Shown here in pieces: positions 36,307-46,691 of a DNA stretch of 64,000 bases (positions are counted from its first letter, which is position 1; each line of letters starts with the position of its first letter). The translations under genes and the position numbers were made by a program. The stretch is from an uncultured Bacteroidales bacterium (lineage in GTDB: Bacteria > Bacteroidota > Bacteroidia > Bacteroidales > CAIXZF01). Under the pieces are notes generated by a model. That model searched no databases. It was given only the letters and a program-made list of their open reading frames with translations, and was not told the DNA's origin. The stretch spans positions 318 to 64,317 of the forward strand of contig CAYLTH010000004.1 of the NCBI GenBank assembly GCA_964386485.1. The letters are read 5' to 3'.

Positions 36307-37718
36307 AGTGGTTTACGAACCAAAAGTGCTACATTTTCCACATGATGTGTATGCGGAAACATGTCGACTGGCTGTATGGCCTTAACCTCATACAATTCCT
36401 GCATCATGGCGATGTCGCGGGCCTGTGTAGCCGGGTTACAGCTTACATATACAACTTTTTCCGGCTTCATTTCGAGTATGCGGAATACTACTTTCTCATG
36501 CAGGCCTGATCTGGGTGGATCGAGCACAACAACATCCGGAAAACCATATTCTTCGCACAGTTCAATGGTCAGGGTTTTAGCAAGATCCCCTGCTATGAAA
36601 TGAGCATTGGTAATTCCGTTGTAAGCGGCATTGGCAAAAGCATCTTTTACTGCCGGTTCAACATATTCGATGCCCAATATCGATTTTGCCTGTGCTGCCA
36701 GGTATAAACCTATTGTACCAGTGCCGGTATAAAGATCATACACATTTTCATTCCCTGTAAGTCCGGCATAATCGCGGACTATCGCATATAAACGGGCTGA
36801 TTGTTCAACATTTACCTGATAAAACGAAAGCGGACCGATCCGGAACTCAAGATTTTCGAGATATTCCGGCAAGTATGCCTTCCCGCTATACAGTATTGGC
36901 TCCAGATCGGAATAGGTATCATTTTTCTTTGAATTAATGATGTAATACAATGAAACCACAGCCGGAAAACGATTGTGGATAAAGTCCATTAATAAAGCTA
37001 TTTCTTCTGGCTGATCAGAGGAAAATACTACAATTACCATGGTCTCTCCACGACTGTTATTCCGAATAACCAGATTCCTCATGAACCCTGTATGATTCCT
37101 CGGATTGTAATAGGTATATCCCTCTTTCAGTGTGAATTCGCGAACAGCATTCCGTATTTCATTTGAGGGTTCCGCCTGGAGGTAACAATGTTCAATGTCG
37201 AGAACCCGATCAAACATCGTGGGCAAGTGAAAGCCGAGGCCACGGGTATCTTCCACTGCTTCAAAGGATTCGCCAACGGGTGCAACCAGCCACCGTCGGT
37301 AAGAGAAAGTATATTCCAGCTTATTGCGGTAATACTGAATCTTTTCAGAAGCCAGAATCGGATTCAGGGGTGGATGTGGGAATTTCCCAATCCGGTCGAA
37401 TGCATCGGACACCTGTTTCTGTTTATACTCTAACTGACTGGCATACTGCATGCTTTGCCACCTGCATCCTCCACAAATACCAAAATGGGAACAAAATATT
37501 TCTGCCCTTAATTTGGAATGTGTGTGAAACTTAACAGCCTTTCCTTCCCCAAAATTCCGCTTTTTCTTTAACAGCTGAATATCCACAACATCACCCGGTA
37601 CCACAAAGGGAACAAAAATCACCAATTCTCCATGTCTGGCAATACACTTTCCTTCACTGCCTGCATCGAGTATTTCCATATTCTCCAACAATGGCAATGG
37701 TGCTTTTCGTTTATTCAT
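36303..37718 (-). CDS. rlmD: 23S rRNA (uracil-C5)-methyltransferase, RlmD/RumA family
   Basis: 471 aa. It has a TRAM-like N-terminus and an FeS cysteine cluster (CSHFGICGGCRWQ). The SAM-MTase motifs are DLYTGTGTIG and DPPRSG, with a C-terminal catalytic VSCNP. Confidence 0.9.
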   Translation of the reverse strand: MNKRKAPLPLLENMEILDAGSEGKCIARHGELVIFVPFVVPGDVVDIQLLKKKRNFGEGKAVKFHTHSKLRAEIFCSHFGICGGCRWQSMQYASQLEYKQKQVSDAFDRIGKFPHPPLNPILASEKIQYYRNKLEYTFSYRRWLVAPVGESFEAVEDTRGLGFHLPTMFDRVLDIEHCYLQAEPSNEIRNAVREFTLKEGYTYYNPRNHTGFMRNLVIRNNSRGETMVIVVFSSDQPEEIALLMDFIHNRFPAVVSLYYIINSKKNDTYSDLEPILYSGKAYLPEYLENLEFRIGPLSFYQVNVEQSARLYAIVRDYAGLTGNENVYDLYTGTGTIGLYLAAQAKSILGIEYVEPAVKDAFANAAYNGITNAHFIAGDLAKTLTIELCEEYGFPDVVVLDPPRSGLHEKVVFRILEMKPEKVVYVSCNPATQARDIAMMQELYEVKAIQPVDMFPHTHHVENVALLVRKPL

Positions 37719-37729
37719 ATCAATTTATA

Positions 37730-38848
37730 TTATTCGGTATTCCGTTGACGGTAATGTTTTGAATCTCCCCATTCTCCATAGCCCACTTCAGCGCCGGCAA
37801 TGTGAATACGGGCTTCCAGACAACCCCGGCATTGCTCTGCTTCTTCGTCAATACAGGGTTTGTCTTCATACAAAAGGTAATTCTCACGGTATTTAACGGG
37901 TGTCAGATTGGGCATAATTACATTGGACCCAACCATAATTGCCTTTTCCCTGCCCTGCGGATCAATAGCCTGCATAGCAGTGGTTGCAGCAATATTGATA
38001 TCTTTCATCATAATTCGTAGTAGTGCAACCATTTTTAAAGATAACTGAAACCTTTCCTCCCGGGTAAGTAACTGATCTTTAAATTGATAAAGCGGAGTTT
38101 GCGGATGTTCAATATAAGGTCCCATGCCTGCCATATCAATATCCAGTGCTTTAAAAAACAACAAATCATCAGCCAGGTGCTCAATTGTTTGGAAAGGCAA
38201 GCCAATCATCACTCCGGTACCTACCTGATAACCAAGACGTTTCAAGGTATAAAGACAATCAATACGAGCCTGGAAATCATGGGTTTTATTGTTGGGATGC
38301 AGTTTCAGGTATAATTCCGGATTGGATTCTTCAATCCGAAGCAGATAGCGGTGAGCACCCGCATCATACCATTGTTTATATACCGATTCGGATTGCTCTC
38401 CAAGCGACAGGGTAATATGCAATTCCGAATTTGTTGCTGCATGAATCGCTTCAAGCAATCGTGAAATTTTTGCCGTAAATGATGCAGAACTCCGCTCTCC
38501 GGCCTGAATGACAATAGAAGCAAAACGATTGGAATGAGCAAATTTTGCTGCTTCAATTACTTCACTGTCTGTAAGTTGATATCGTTTTACAGCTTTATTT
38601 CCTCCTCTGACACCACAGTAATAACAATTCTTGGAACATCGGTTAGAATATTCAATTAACCCCCGGTAGTAGACTTTATTACCAATACATTCTTTTTTAA
38701 TTTCAGCTGCTTTGGCAAACAAAAGTTTTCGATCAACCTCCCCTGCGTTTAGCAAATGAATTAAATCCCCGCGGGAAAATTCAGAATTTGTTAAAATATT
38801 CTCAAAATTCATTTTGTGGCTTATTTGCTTTGGCATACATTTGACCAA
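37730..38848 (-). CDS. Radical SAM protein, HydE/BioB-like
   Basis: The radical SAM motif is CSKNCYYCGVR. A C-terminal CX7CX2C (CIDEEAEQCRGC) matches the auxiliary cluster site of HydE. The track start at 38848 is TTG. Alternative ATG starts are at 38836 and 38812. Confidence 0.75.
   Translation of the reverse strand: MVKCMPKQISHKMNFENILTNSEFSRGDLIHLLNAGEVDRKLLFAKAAEIKKECIGNKVYYRGLIEYSNRCSKNCYYCGVRGGNKAVKRYQLTDSEVIEAAKFAHSNRFASIVIQAGERSSASFTAKISRLLEAIHAATNSELHITLSLGEQSESVYKQWYDAGAHRYLLRIEESNPELYLKLHPNNKTHDFQARIDCLYTLKRLGYQVGTGVMIGLPFQTIEHLADDLLFFKALDIDMAGMGPYIEHPQTPLYQFKDQLLTREERFQLSLKMVALLRIMMKDINIAATTAMQAIDPQGREKAIMVGSNVIMPNLTPVKYRENYLLYEDKPCIDEEAEQCRGCLEARIHIAGAEVGYGEWGDSKHYRQRNTE
38836..38843 (+). 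promoter_or_regulatory. -7 box TACATTTG (nnr)
   Basis: Matches TAnnTTTG and lies 29 nt upstream of the nnr ATG. A TTTG at 38813-38816 sits 19 nt upstream, a plausible -33 element. Confidence 0.5.
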
Positions 38849-38856
38849 AGCTTCGG

Positions 38857-38864
38857 CAAAATTA
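38857..38864 (-). promoter_or_regulatory. -7 box TAATTTTG (HydE-like gene)
   Basis: The plus strand reads CAAAATTA. It lies just upstream of the minus-strand start candidates. Confidence 0.45.
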
Positions 38865-38871
38865 CGTAATT

Positions 38872-40407
38872 ATGCAAAAAGTATTAAGTATCCCGCAAAT
38901 AAGAGAAGCGGATGCCCTGACCATTCAACTTGAACCTGTTTCATCTGTTGATTTAATGGAGCGGGCAGCCACTCAATGTTATAATTGGATACAGGATCGA
39001 CTGAAGCCGGATGTCCGGATTAAAATTTTCTGCGGAACCGGAAACAATGGCGGAGATGGCCTTGTTATTGCCCGTTTACTGGCTGAGGCTTCCTTTCCGG
39101 TGTCTGTTTATATTGTTCATTGTATGTCATCAACAAGTCCGGATTTCCTGACAAATCTGCAGAGACTAAAAGAACAGGACATCGCAGAGATTATCAATAT
39201 TGAAACAGAGAAAGAAATACAAGATATTGATCCTGAAGATATTCTGATAGATGCATTGTTTGGTTCAGGTTTAACCAGGGCATTGGATGGTCTGGCTGCC
39301 ACCCAGGTTGAAATAATGAATAAAAGCGGGGCTGTAATCATCAGTATTGATATTCCATCCGGTCTTTCGGGGGATGCCCCGGTCAGCGGACCCGTAATAC
39401 ATGCTGATTATACCCTTGGATTCGAAGTTCCGAAGCTGGCATTTTTCTTCCCTGAGAATGAGCAATACCTGGGAGAATGGCACATTCTTCCGATTGGGCT
39501 GTTACCACAGTATTTACTGGATGTTGGATGCCAGGACTATCTTTTGGAAACGGATGATCTGTGTCGTTTAATGAAACCCCGAAGAAAATTTGACCATAAG
39601 GGTAGCTATGGCCATGGTTTGCTGATTGCCGGCAGCTATGGAAAAATGGGAGCTTCCATTCTGGCCTCAGAAGCTGCTTTAAGAAGTGGAGCCGGTCTGA
39701 TAACCACCCATATCCCGTCGTTGGGAAATGCTATTATTCAATCGTCAGTCCCTGAAAGCATGGTGAGCATCGATCCCTCTCCGACTCATTTTTCGATGCT
39801 TCCTGACCTGAAACCTTACAATGCAATTGCATGCGGTCCCGGTATAGGAACTCAGGATGTAACAGCAGCCAGCTTAAAATTACTGATCCAAAATGCAGGC
39901 ATGCCTTTGATACTGGATGCTGACGCACTCAATATTCTGAGTGAGAATCCAACCTGGCTTTCGTTTCTACCGGAAAACACAATTCTGACACCTCATTTAA
40001 AGGAATTTGAGCGTCTCGCCGGGAAATCGGCCGATTGGAAAGAACGGCATGAAAAGCAACGTGCTTTTAGCTTAAAATATGGTGTGTATATTGTATTGAA
40101 AGGAGCTTTCAGTTGTATTTCATTTCCTGACGGCAGCTGTTATTTCAATCCAAATGGCAATCCCGGTATGGCTACCGGAGGAAGTGGAGATGTTCTGACC
40201 GGCATATTACTGGGTTTACGCACAAGAGGATATTCAAATGCAACTTCCTGTTTATTAGGAACATATCTGCATGGTTTAGCCGGGGACATGGCCGCTCAGA
40301 AAAAGGGGATGGAATCGCTGATTGCAGGCGATATTATTGAAAACCTGGCTGACAGCTTTTTATTTCTACAGGATTTCTATAATGATAATACTACAATACC
40401 TCAGTAA
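38872..40407 (+). CDS. nnr: Bifunctional NAD(P)H-hydrate epimerase / ADP-dependent dehydratase
   Basis: 511 aa. The YjeF N-terminal domain has [15 protein letters not shown]. The C-terminal carbohydrate-kinase domain has [14 protein letters not shown] and [11 protein letters not shown]. Confidence 0.92.
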   Translation: MQKVLSIPQIREADALTIQLEPVSSVDLMERAATQCYNWIQDRLKPDVRIKIFCGTGNNGGDGLVIARLLAEASFPVSVYIVHCMSSTSPDFLTNLQRLKEQDIAEIINIETEKEIQDIDPEDILIDALFGSGLTRALDGLAATQVEIMNKSGAVIISIDIPSGLSGDAPVSGPVIHADYTLGFEVPKLAFFFPENEQYLGEWHILPIGLLPQYLLDVGCQDYLLETDDLCRLMKPRRKFDHKGSYGHGLLIAGSYGKMGASILASEAALRSGAGLITTHIPSLGNAIIQSSVPESMVSIDPSPTHFSMLPDLKPYNAIACGPGIGTQDVTAASLKLLIQNAGMPLILDADALNILSENPTWLSFLPENTILTPHLKEFERLAGKSADWKERHEKQRAFSLKYGVYIVLKGAFSCISFPDGSCYFNPNGNPGMATGGSGDVLTGILLGLRTRGYSNATSCLLGTYLHGLAGDMAAQKKGMESLIAGDIIENLADSFLFLQDFYNDNTTIPQ

Positions 40408-42238
40408 CCAGTTCATCTTCAACTTTTAACCTCTCGATAATAAACTGTTGACGCTCCGGTGTATTCTTTCCCATGTAAAAAGTCAGAATTTTCGAGATCG
40501 ACATATCTTTCAGCAAAATTACAGGGTCAAGGCGTATCGAAGCCCCGATAAAATGCCTGAATTCATCCGGCGAAATTTCACCTAAACCTTTGAATCGTGT
40601 GATTTCCGGTTTCACACCCAATTCATTGATCGCAGAAATTCGTTCAGCATCATTGTAACAATAAATGGTTTTCTGCTTATTTCTTACCCTGAAAAGAGGT
40701 GTCTGTAAAATATAGATATGTCCTGATTTAACCAGATCCGGATAAAACTGCAGAAAGAATGTCAGCAACAACATCCGGATATGTGAACCATCAACATCGG
40801 CATCGGTTGCAATTACAATGTTGTTATAGCGCAGATTTTCAATATCTTCCTCAATATTCAGCGAAGCATGAAGCAGGTTAAATTCCTCATTTTCATAAAC
40901 GATACGCTTGCTCAGTCCATAAACATTAAGTGGCTTTCCTTTCAGGCTAAATACCGCCTGGGTGTTTACATCCCTGGCTTTCGTGATACTGCCGCTGGCT
41001 GAATCCCCTTCTGTAATAAACAAAGTTGTTTCATAGCGGCGTTCATGGTTATCATTGTAATGAACCCGGCAATCACGAAGTTTTCGATTATGAAGACTGG
41101 CTTTTTTTACACTTTCCTTTGCAAGTTTCTTGATTCCGGCCAGATCTTTGCGCTCCTTTTCTGACTGCATAATTTTCCTCAACAAGGCATCAGCAGTTTC
41201 CGAATTGATATGCAGGTAGTTATCCAGATTTCGTTTAACAACCTCTGTAATAAAATTACGGATGGTCTGCCCGTCCGGTGCCAGGTATTGTGAACCCAGT
41301 TTGGTTTTTGTCTGCGATTCAAAAACAGGCTCCTGAACTTTGATACTCAAGGCTGCCACCACACTGGAACGTATATCACCCGGATCAAAATCTTTTTTGT
41401 AAAACTCACGAATGGTCTTCACGAGTGCTTCTCTGAATGCCGCCTGATGCGTACCTCCCTGGGTTGTATTCTGGCCATTTACAAAGGAATAATACTCTTC
41501 ACCATACATTTTTTCGCTGTGGGTGAAAGCAAACTCAAAATCACCTTCCTTTACATGGATAATCGGATACAGAACGGGACCATCAATGTAAGTCTCCAGT
41601 AAATCGAGGAGTCCGTTTTTGGCAACAAAGCGTTGCCCGTTAAAAAGAATGCTGAGCCCGTTGTTGAGAAATGCATAATTCCACAACATCTTCTCCAAAT
41701 ATTCCTGAATGAAATGATAATTCCCGAATACCTGCTCATCAGGCCGGAAACTAACAACAGTACCACTCCGGAGATCGCATTCCTTTTCATTCTCTTCAAC
41801 AAGCAGATTCCCCCGTTCAAATTCAACAACTTTTGTTTTTCCGTCGCGAATTGATTGAATTCGAAACCAGGAAGAAAGGGCATTCACGGCTTTGGCCCCT
41901 ACCCCGTTTAGTCCGACTACTTTTTTAAATACATTTGAATCGTATTTTGCCCCGGTATTGATCTTGGCTACGCAATCCACAACTTTGGTAAGCGGAATCC
42001 CGCGTCCATAATCTCGAATCGTAACAGCCTGATCCTTAATAGTTACTTCAATAGTTTTTCCAAATGCCATGGTAAATTCATCCACAGCATTGTCGATAAT
42101 TTCTTTAATGAGGACGTATATACCATCATCGTGGGAGGCCCCATCACCGAGTTTCCCGATATACATTCCCGGTCTCAACCGGATGTGTTCCCGCCAGTCG
42201 AGTGACCTGACGGAATCATCAGTATAGGCATCAGACAT
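40391..42238 (-). CDS. parE: Type IIA topoisomerase subunit B (topoisomerase IV ParE type)
   Basis: 615 aa. It has a GHKL ATPase ([22 protein letters not shown]), a Toprim domain ([24 protein letters not shown]) and no long GyrB C-terminal insert. Confidence 0.8.
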   Translation of the reverse strand: MSDAYTDDSVRSLDWREHIRLRPGMYIGKLGDGASHDDGIYVLIKEIIDNAVDEFTMAFGKTIEVTIKDQAVTIRDYGRGIPLTKVVDCVAKINTGAKYDSNVFKKVVGLNGVGAKAVNALSSWFRIQSIRDGKTKVVEFERGNLLVEENEKECDLRSGTVVSFRPDEQVFGNYHFIQEYLEKMLWNYAFLNNGLSILFNGQRFVAKNGLLDLLETYIDGPVLYPIIHVKEGDFEFAFTHSEKMYGEEYYSFVNGQNTTQGGTHQAAFREALVKTIREFYKKDFDPGDIRSSVVAALSIKVQEPVFESQTKTKLGSQYLAPDGQTIRNFITEVVKRNLDNYLHINSETADALLRKIMQSEKERKDLAGIKKLAKESVKKASLHNRKLRDCRVHYNDNHERRYETTLFITEGDSASGSITKARDVNTQAVFSLKGKPLNVYGLSKRIVYENEEFNLLHASLNIEEDIENLRYNNIVIATDADVDGSHIRMLLLTFFLQFYPDLVKSGHIYILQTPLFRVRNKQKTIYCYNDAERISAINELGVKPEITRFKGLGEISPDEFRHFIGASIRLDPVILLKDMSISKILTFYMGKNTPERQQFIIERLKVEDELVTEVL

Positions 42239-42258
42239 AATTCTTCTTTATCATCCCA

Positions 42259-42266
42259 CAAAGATA
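42259..42266 (-). promoter_or_regulatory. -7 box TATCTTTG (parE), inside the palindrome ACAAAG-ATA-CTTTGT
   Basis: The plus strand reads CAAAGATA. It lies 21 nt upstream of the parE ATG. Confidence 0.55.
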
Positions 42267-42339
42267 CTTTGTAAAACGATTATTCTTTATCTTCGTTTCC
42301 CGAATAATCAACTACTTGCCGTTAATTATTAACTATACT

Positions 42340-43071
42340 ATGAGTTCTTTTTCAAAACATTCTGCTTTCATCCGTTATTTCTCAATAATGGCTTTTGTTT
42401 TTCTATTCAGTGCCTGTAATGTAGCCTATATTCCTTCGATGCACAATGTTCCCCTGCTTAAAAAAGAAGGAGATATTGCAATTCACCTGACTCCTGCCAA
42501 TGTACAGGGAGCGTATGCCGTTACCAATAATATAGGTGTCATGGTCAATGGGCAATGGGGTGGATCCACCTGGGAGGAAGGCAGCACCGGAGATACTCAA
42601 TATAAATCACGCCGCAAGTTTGCAGAAGCCGGAATTGGTTACTACTCCTATAAAAATGAAGAAAAATCATTCGAAATCTATGGTGGTGGCGGAATTGGCA
42701 GCCTGAGTTTTGATAACAGACTTGATTACACGGATCCGCAAAAGTTTAATGCCATGGCCACCAAGTTCTTTATTCAGCCATCGGTTGGGATCTCAAAGGA
42801 ATACTTCGATCTGGCATTTGCCGTGAAAGCCGTCAACCTGAAGTTTTATGATGTCAATATTCAGAATTATACAGACGATGATCTGATAGCAAAAAAGTTG
42901 TACCGTATTGACAGAGAGCCTTTGCTTTTCATCGAACCCTCATTTACAGCACGTGCCGGCGTGAAAAATATCAAAGCGCATTTTCAGTACTTGTATTCAT
43001 CAAAAATTTCGGGTCCGGAGATTAATTATATGGGATATTATATTTTCCTCGGATTGTCAATTTATTTCTGA
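42340..43071 (+). CDS. Hypothetical lipoprotein, probable small outer-membrane beta-barrel
   Basis: I trimmed the start to the ATG at 42340. A lipobox-like signal (FVFLFSAC) is present. The body has alternating aromatic/glycine-rich beta-strand patterns and ends LGLSIYF. Confidence 0.6.
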   Translation: MSSFSKHSAFIRYFSIMAFVFLFSACNVAYIPSMHNVPLLKKEGDIAIHLTPANVQGAYAVTNNIGVMVNGQWGGSTWEEGSTGDTQYKSRRKFAEAGIGYYSYKNEEKSFEIYGGGGIGSLSFDNRLDYTDPQKFNAMATKFFIQPSVGISKEYFDLAFAVKAVNLKFYDVNIQNYTDDDLIAKKLYRIDREPLLFIEPSFTARAGVKNIKAHFQYLYSSKISGPEINYMGYYIFLGLSIYF

Positions 43072-44336
43072 TTTTTCTTCTGAAGTAACTTTTTCGTTTC
43101 CCTTACTATCATATCCACATCAGATCGTGAAATCAATAATTCGCGGTAATTTGCTTTCGTATACCAGAAAAACAGAATCACCAGATAAATCGTAGATGCT
43201 GTGTAAGATATTGAAGCAGTGATCCCTGCACCGATAATCCCATATTCAGGAATCAGCCAATACCCGAATGATAAGGTAAAAACAAGTCCGGTCAGCGCTG
43301 AAAAGAAATTATACTGAGGTTTTCCAATCCCTGAGAAATAATGTGAAAACATCATTGAACAGGCATTCATAATTATTCCAATTGAAAGGGAAAAGATTAC
43401 CATGCGTGTTTCTGTAAAGTCCTTACCCAGAAACAAATACCAGCTGTCCGGAATAGAAAGCATACAGGCTAAAACCAGAAAAGTAACCACAAACGTCAGC
43501 TTCAGCAGATTCAGACTAAAGCGACGGGCATATTCCTTATCTGTTGTATTGCTGACAGTTGAATACTGAACTGTTGCGATACTCCGGCCAATAACCCAGG
43601 TTCCCTCTGCCAGCTGATTGGGAGCATGATATAATCCGACACCTGTGACCCCCAGAAATTGTTTGATGATATAATAACTCAAACGGTAATTCAACATGGC
43701 AATAAAATAGGAAACCTGAATAATGGCTCCAAATCGGAACACATTGGAAAGAACTGTTTTCCAGCCCGAAAAGCTCGTTCGCTCTATCATGCCCGCAATG
43801 GAGCTGAAACTCAGAATAAATGTTAACCCATACGCAAGATAAAGAGAATAAATAAATGCCATTACATTATTCATTCCCAATACTTTATAAAAAAACAGCA
43901 GAGCCAATAACTGAGTAAAGGTCTGGAGAACTGTAATTGTATTGTAATTTCGGATTTTCTGTTTTCCCAATAAGATATTCAGGTTTACAGACGCCAGTGA
44001 AAAAATCAGTGCGAGGGCAACTACATGCATGTTGTATTCAGGAGGCACCATATCAAGGAACCCAACAAGCCCGACAAAAACCGTACATACCAGAAATGCC
44101 CAGGCATACGACTGAATAAGAATAATATACAGGTTTGTCCGTGAAGCCCAATACACCAGTGCTGTTCCGCCAACAAAACTATTAACCAGTAAAATGATGG
44201 TTATTGCGATCGTAATCAGCCCGGTAATTCCAAACCCTTCAGCACCCAATGTTCTGGTATTCAGAATCATGGAGGTAAAACCAAGAATGGCAATGAGTAT
44301 TTTCGAACCTGTAGTACCCAGTATGGATTTAAGCAT
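43062..44336 (-). CDS. Polysaccharide flippase (Wzx / MOP superfamily)
   Basis: 424 aa with about 12 TM segments. It is adjacent to a glycosyltransferase. Confidence 0.7.
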   Translation of the reverse strand: MLKSILGTTGSKILIAILGFTSMILNTRTLGAEGFGITGLITIAITIILLVNSFVGGTALVYWASRTNLYIILIQSYAWAFLVCTVFVGLVGFLDMVPPEYNMHVVALALIFSLASVNLNILLGKQKIRNYNTITVLQTFTQLLALLFFYKVLGMNNVMAFIYSLYLAYGLTFILSFSSIAGMIERTSFSGWKTVLSNVFRFGAIIQVSYFIAMLNYRLSYYIIKQFLGVTGVGLYHAPNQLAEGTWVIGRSIATVQYSTVSNTTDKEYARRFSLNLLKLTFVVTFLVLACMLSIPDSWYLFLGKDFTETRMVIFSLSIGIIMNACSMMFSHYFSGIGKPQYNFFSALTGLVFTLSFGYWLIPEYGIIGAGITASISYTASTIYLVILFFWYTKANYRELLISRSDVDMIVRETKKLLQKKNQK

Positions 44337-44340
44337 ATTC

Positions 44341-45489
44341 TCAGAATTTCAGGTGATCAAGATACAACTGTTTGAATTGAGCAGCTACAGCAGAAGTAGA
44401 AAATTTTTCTTCTATACTCTGCCGCATAAGTACAGGGTCGTATGAAAGAAAGTTTCCCGCCATTTCACAGATCGCCGCACTCAAAGCATCGTCATCCTCT
44501 TTCGGAATCAGCAGCCCGTTTATACTGTTCACAAAGAATTCAGGTCCGCCTGATCGGGTGGCGATGACTGGCAATCCACAGGCAATCGCCTCTGCAGTCA
44601 CCACAGAAAAGGTTTCGACCCGGCTGTTCACAACCAGAAAATCACTTTCGCGAAAATAGTTATACACCTGCTCATTCGAAACCCGTCCATGAAAAATCAC
44701 CTTCCCGTTTAAGGATGAAAACGAGGCTGCCAGTTTTTTCAATACCTGCTCATCCTCTCCCCCGCCAACAATATGATATTGAAATTCAGGGAGTTTATCT
44801 GTATGTGTTGACAAGACCCGTATGACACCTGAAACGTTTTTGTTGGCATCAGCCAGATCGGCAACCGTAAGAATCCGGATTACTCCGCTATGTTCCCGAA
44901 CCGGAAATCTCTCCGGAAAATCAACCACATTGGGTATAATCCGCAGATCCCTGTTTCGTAGATTGTTGTTATTAAAACTTTGTAACAGTGAGGAAGAAAC
45001 CACGCTGACTCCCCTGGCCTTCTGAACCATCAACCTTGTTATCCACTTGTATAGCAATGATTTACGCTGATAGGCTCCATGAATATATCCTGTCCAGTGA
45101 TCCGTAATAAAGTAGGGAATCTGCCATTTCTTTGAAAAAAGAAATGCTAACACGAAAGGTCGCAACAACACATGTGCATGAATCAGATCTGGTTTCCCGG
45201 ATGTTCGGACCATCATTTTTATTCCCTGTTGCATGGCAAGGAAATAGTGAAATAAGGCCATCAAAGCACCAGACTTCTTATAATAAACAACACAGCTATG
45301 ATATTGATTTTCTGACACTTCTTCAATCCTGTATCGCTTCCCTGCCGTTTCTCCGGGGAAAGCTGCAACCACCCATACTTCGGCAAATGTAGCTACAGCC
45401 CGGGCATGTTTTTCAACAAATACACCGAGTTGTAAATCCCTTTCATTGGGATACCAACGTGTTAGAAAAAGTACTTTCAATCTATTCAA
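44341..45489 (-). CDS. Glycosyltransferase family 4 (GT-B)
   Basis: 382 aa. The C-terminal motif region (SRVETFSVVTAEAIACGLPVIATRSGGPEFFV) is an EX7E-type GT4 signature. Confidence 0.85.
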   Translation of the reverse strand: MNRLKVLFLTRWYPNERDLQLGVFVEKHARAVATFAEVWVVAAFPGETAGKRYRIEEVSENQYHSCVVYYKKSGALMALFHYFLAMQQGIKMMVRTSGKPDLIHAHVLLRPFVLAFLFSKKWQIPYFITDHWTGYIHGAYQRKSLLYKWITRLMVQKARGVSVVSSSLLQSFNNNNLRNRDLRIIPNVVDFPERFPVREHSGVIRILTVADLADANKNVSGVIRVLSTHTDKLPEFQYHIVGGGEDEQVLKKLAASFSSLNGKVIFHGRVSNEQVYNYFRESDFLVVNSRVETFSVVTAEAIACGLPVIATRSGGPEFFVNSINGLLIPKEDDDALSAAICEMAGNFLSYDPVLMRQSIEEKFSTSAVAAQFKQLYLDHLKF

Positions 45490-45513
45490 AACGACACCTG
45501 ATATAATTCATTG

Positions 45514-46035
45514 CTATTGATCTGTAAAATATTCAGTTATGGCATTGATGGCATTATTTGTCCTGTGATCACCCGAACCTCGTATCACAACAAAGGGCAT
45601 CTTATTATTTGTCAATTCATTATGAAACCAATTAAAAAAGAAGCCTCCATCCAGCGGATGTTCCCGCAGTGGATCCGGTTCCCAGGGAAGATCAACATCA
45701 CACAAGAGGTACAAGTCGTAAAGGTGTGTATGAAACTTTTCTTCAATCCAGCCGGGACAGGTTTTGTAGCAAAATTCACTCCATATTTTAGTAACAAGAA
45801 AATCCGTATCAACAAACAAATACTTATTGGCCTTTTGTAGAGCAATATTTTCCTGATCAAACTGATTTTGAGCAATTTGGAGAATATCAGTCTGTGTATA
45901 GGGTCTGTTGAGAGAATTCAGGTATTCACGCGCATACTCCGGAACCATTATCGTTTCAAAATGCGCAGCCAATTCGGCAGTCAGTCTGCTTTTTCCGGTG
46001 GATTCAGGACCTGTTATGGCAATTCTTCTTATCAT
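45514..46035 (-). CDS. NadR-like ATPase / ribosylnicotinamide kinase domain protein
   Basis: I trimmed the start to the ATG at 46035 (MIRRIAITGPESTGKS, Walker A). That ATG overlaps the pnuC stop as ATGA. Confidence 0.75.
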   Translation of the reverse strand: MIRRIAITGPESTGKSRLTAELAAHFETIMVPEYAREYLNSLNRPYTQTDILQIAQNQFDQENIALQKANKYLFVDTDFLVTKIWSEFCYKTCPGWIEEKFHTHLYDLYLLCDVDLPWEPDPLREHPLDGGFFFNWFHNELTNNKMPFVVIRGSGDHRTNNAINAITEYFTDQ

Positions 46036-46652
46036 AAAACCGGATTCATTTTCGAGCGTTTCCACCATTCTATTAAACCTGCAACGGCAAGTGCCAGAAA
46101 TACAAGGTATTGAAAGCCGGAGAATACCAATCCTTTATAGCTGAATAAGAAAACAGCCAGTACGTCTCCAATGATCCAATATATCCAGTTTTCAGTTTTC
46201 TTAAGCGCCATCAGCCACATGCCCGTAATAAAGATCGCTGTACTAAGAGAATCCAGAATGGGAACCGAACTATCAGTGTAGGTAGAAAGTATAGCATAAA
46301 TTATCCCGAATAATACACAGGTTAACAGTGCGAACATCACATTCTGCTTTGGTGTACAGAAACTTACAGGAATTACTTTATGTGTCTCCTCATCATGGCG
46401 GGTCCAGTTATACCAACCATAAACACTCATAAAAAAGTAAAACAGGTTTATTCCCATATCAGCATAGAGGCCCGAAATGAAACACAGATAAACATAGATC
46501 AGAACACTCACAATACCAACAGGATACACCAGAATATTTTCTCGGCGGGCATACCAGACACTTAAAATACCAGTGATAACAGCAATAAATTCGCTGAAAC
46601 GGGTGTCTTTGGCATTTTGAACGAGGGTGTGGAATAAATCAGTGTATACCAT
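46032..46652 (-). CDS. pnuC: Nicotinamide riboside transporter PnuC
   Basis: 206 aa with seven TM segments. The tryptophan-rich motifs (YGWYNW, IYWIIGD) are typical of PnuC. Confidence 0.85.
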   Translation of the reverse strand: MVYTDLFHTLVQNAKDTRFSEFIAVITGILSVWYARRENILVYPVGIVSVLIYVYLCFISGLYADMGINLFYFFMSVYGWYNWTRHDEETHKVIPVSFCTPKQNVMFALLTCVLFGIIYAILSTYTDSSVPILDSLSTAIFITGMWLMALKKTENWIYWIIGDVLAVFLFSYKGLVFSGFQYLVFLALAVAGLIEWWKRSKMNPVL

Positions 46653-46691
46653 ATGCTCCGGAATGGGACAAAGGTACAGAAATCACAGATA

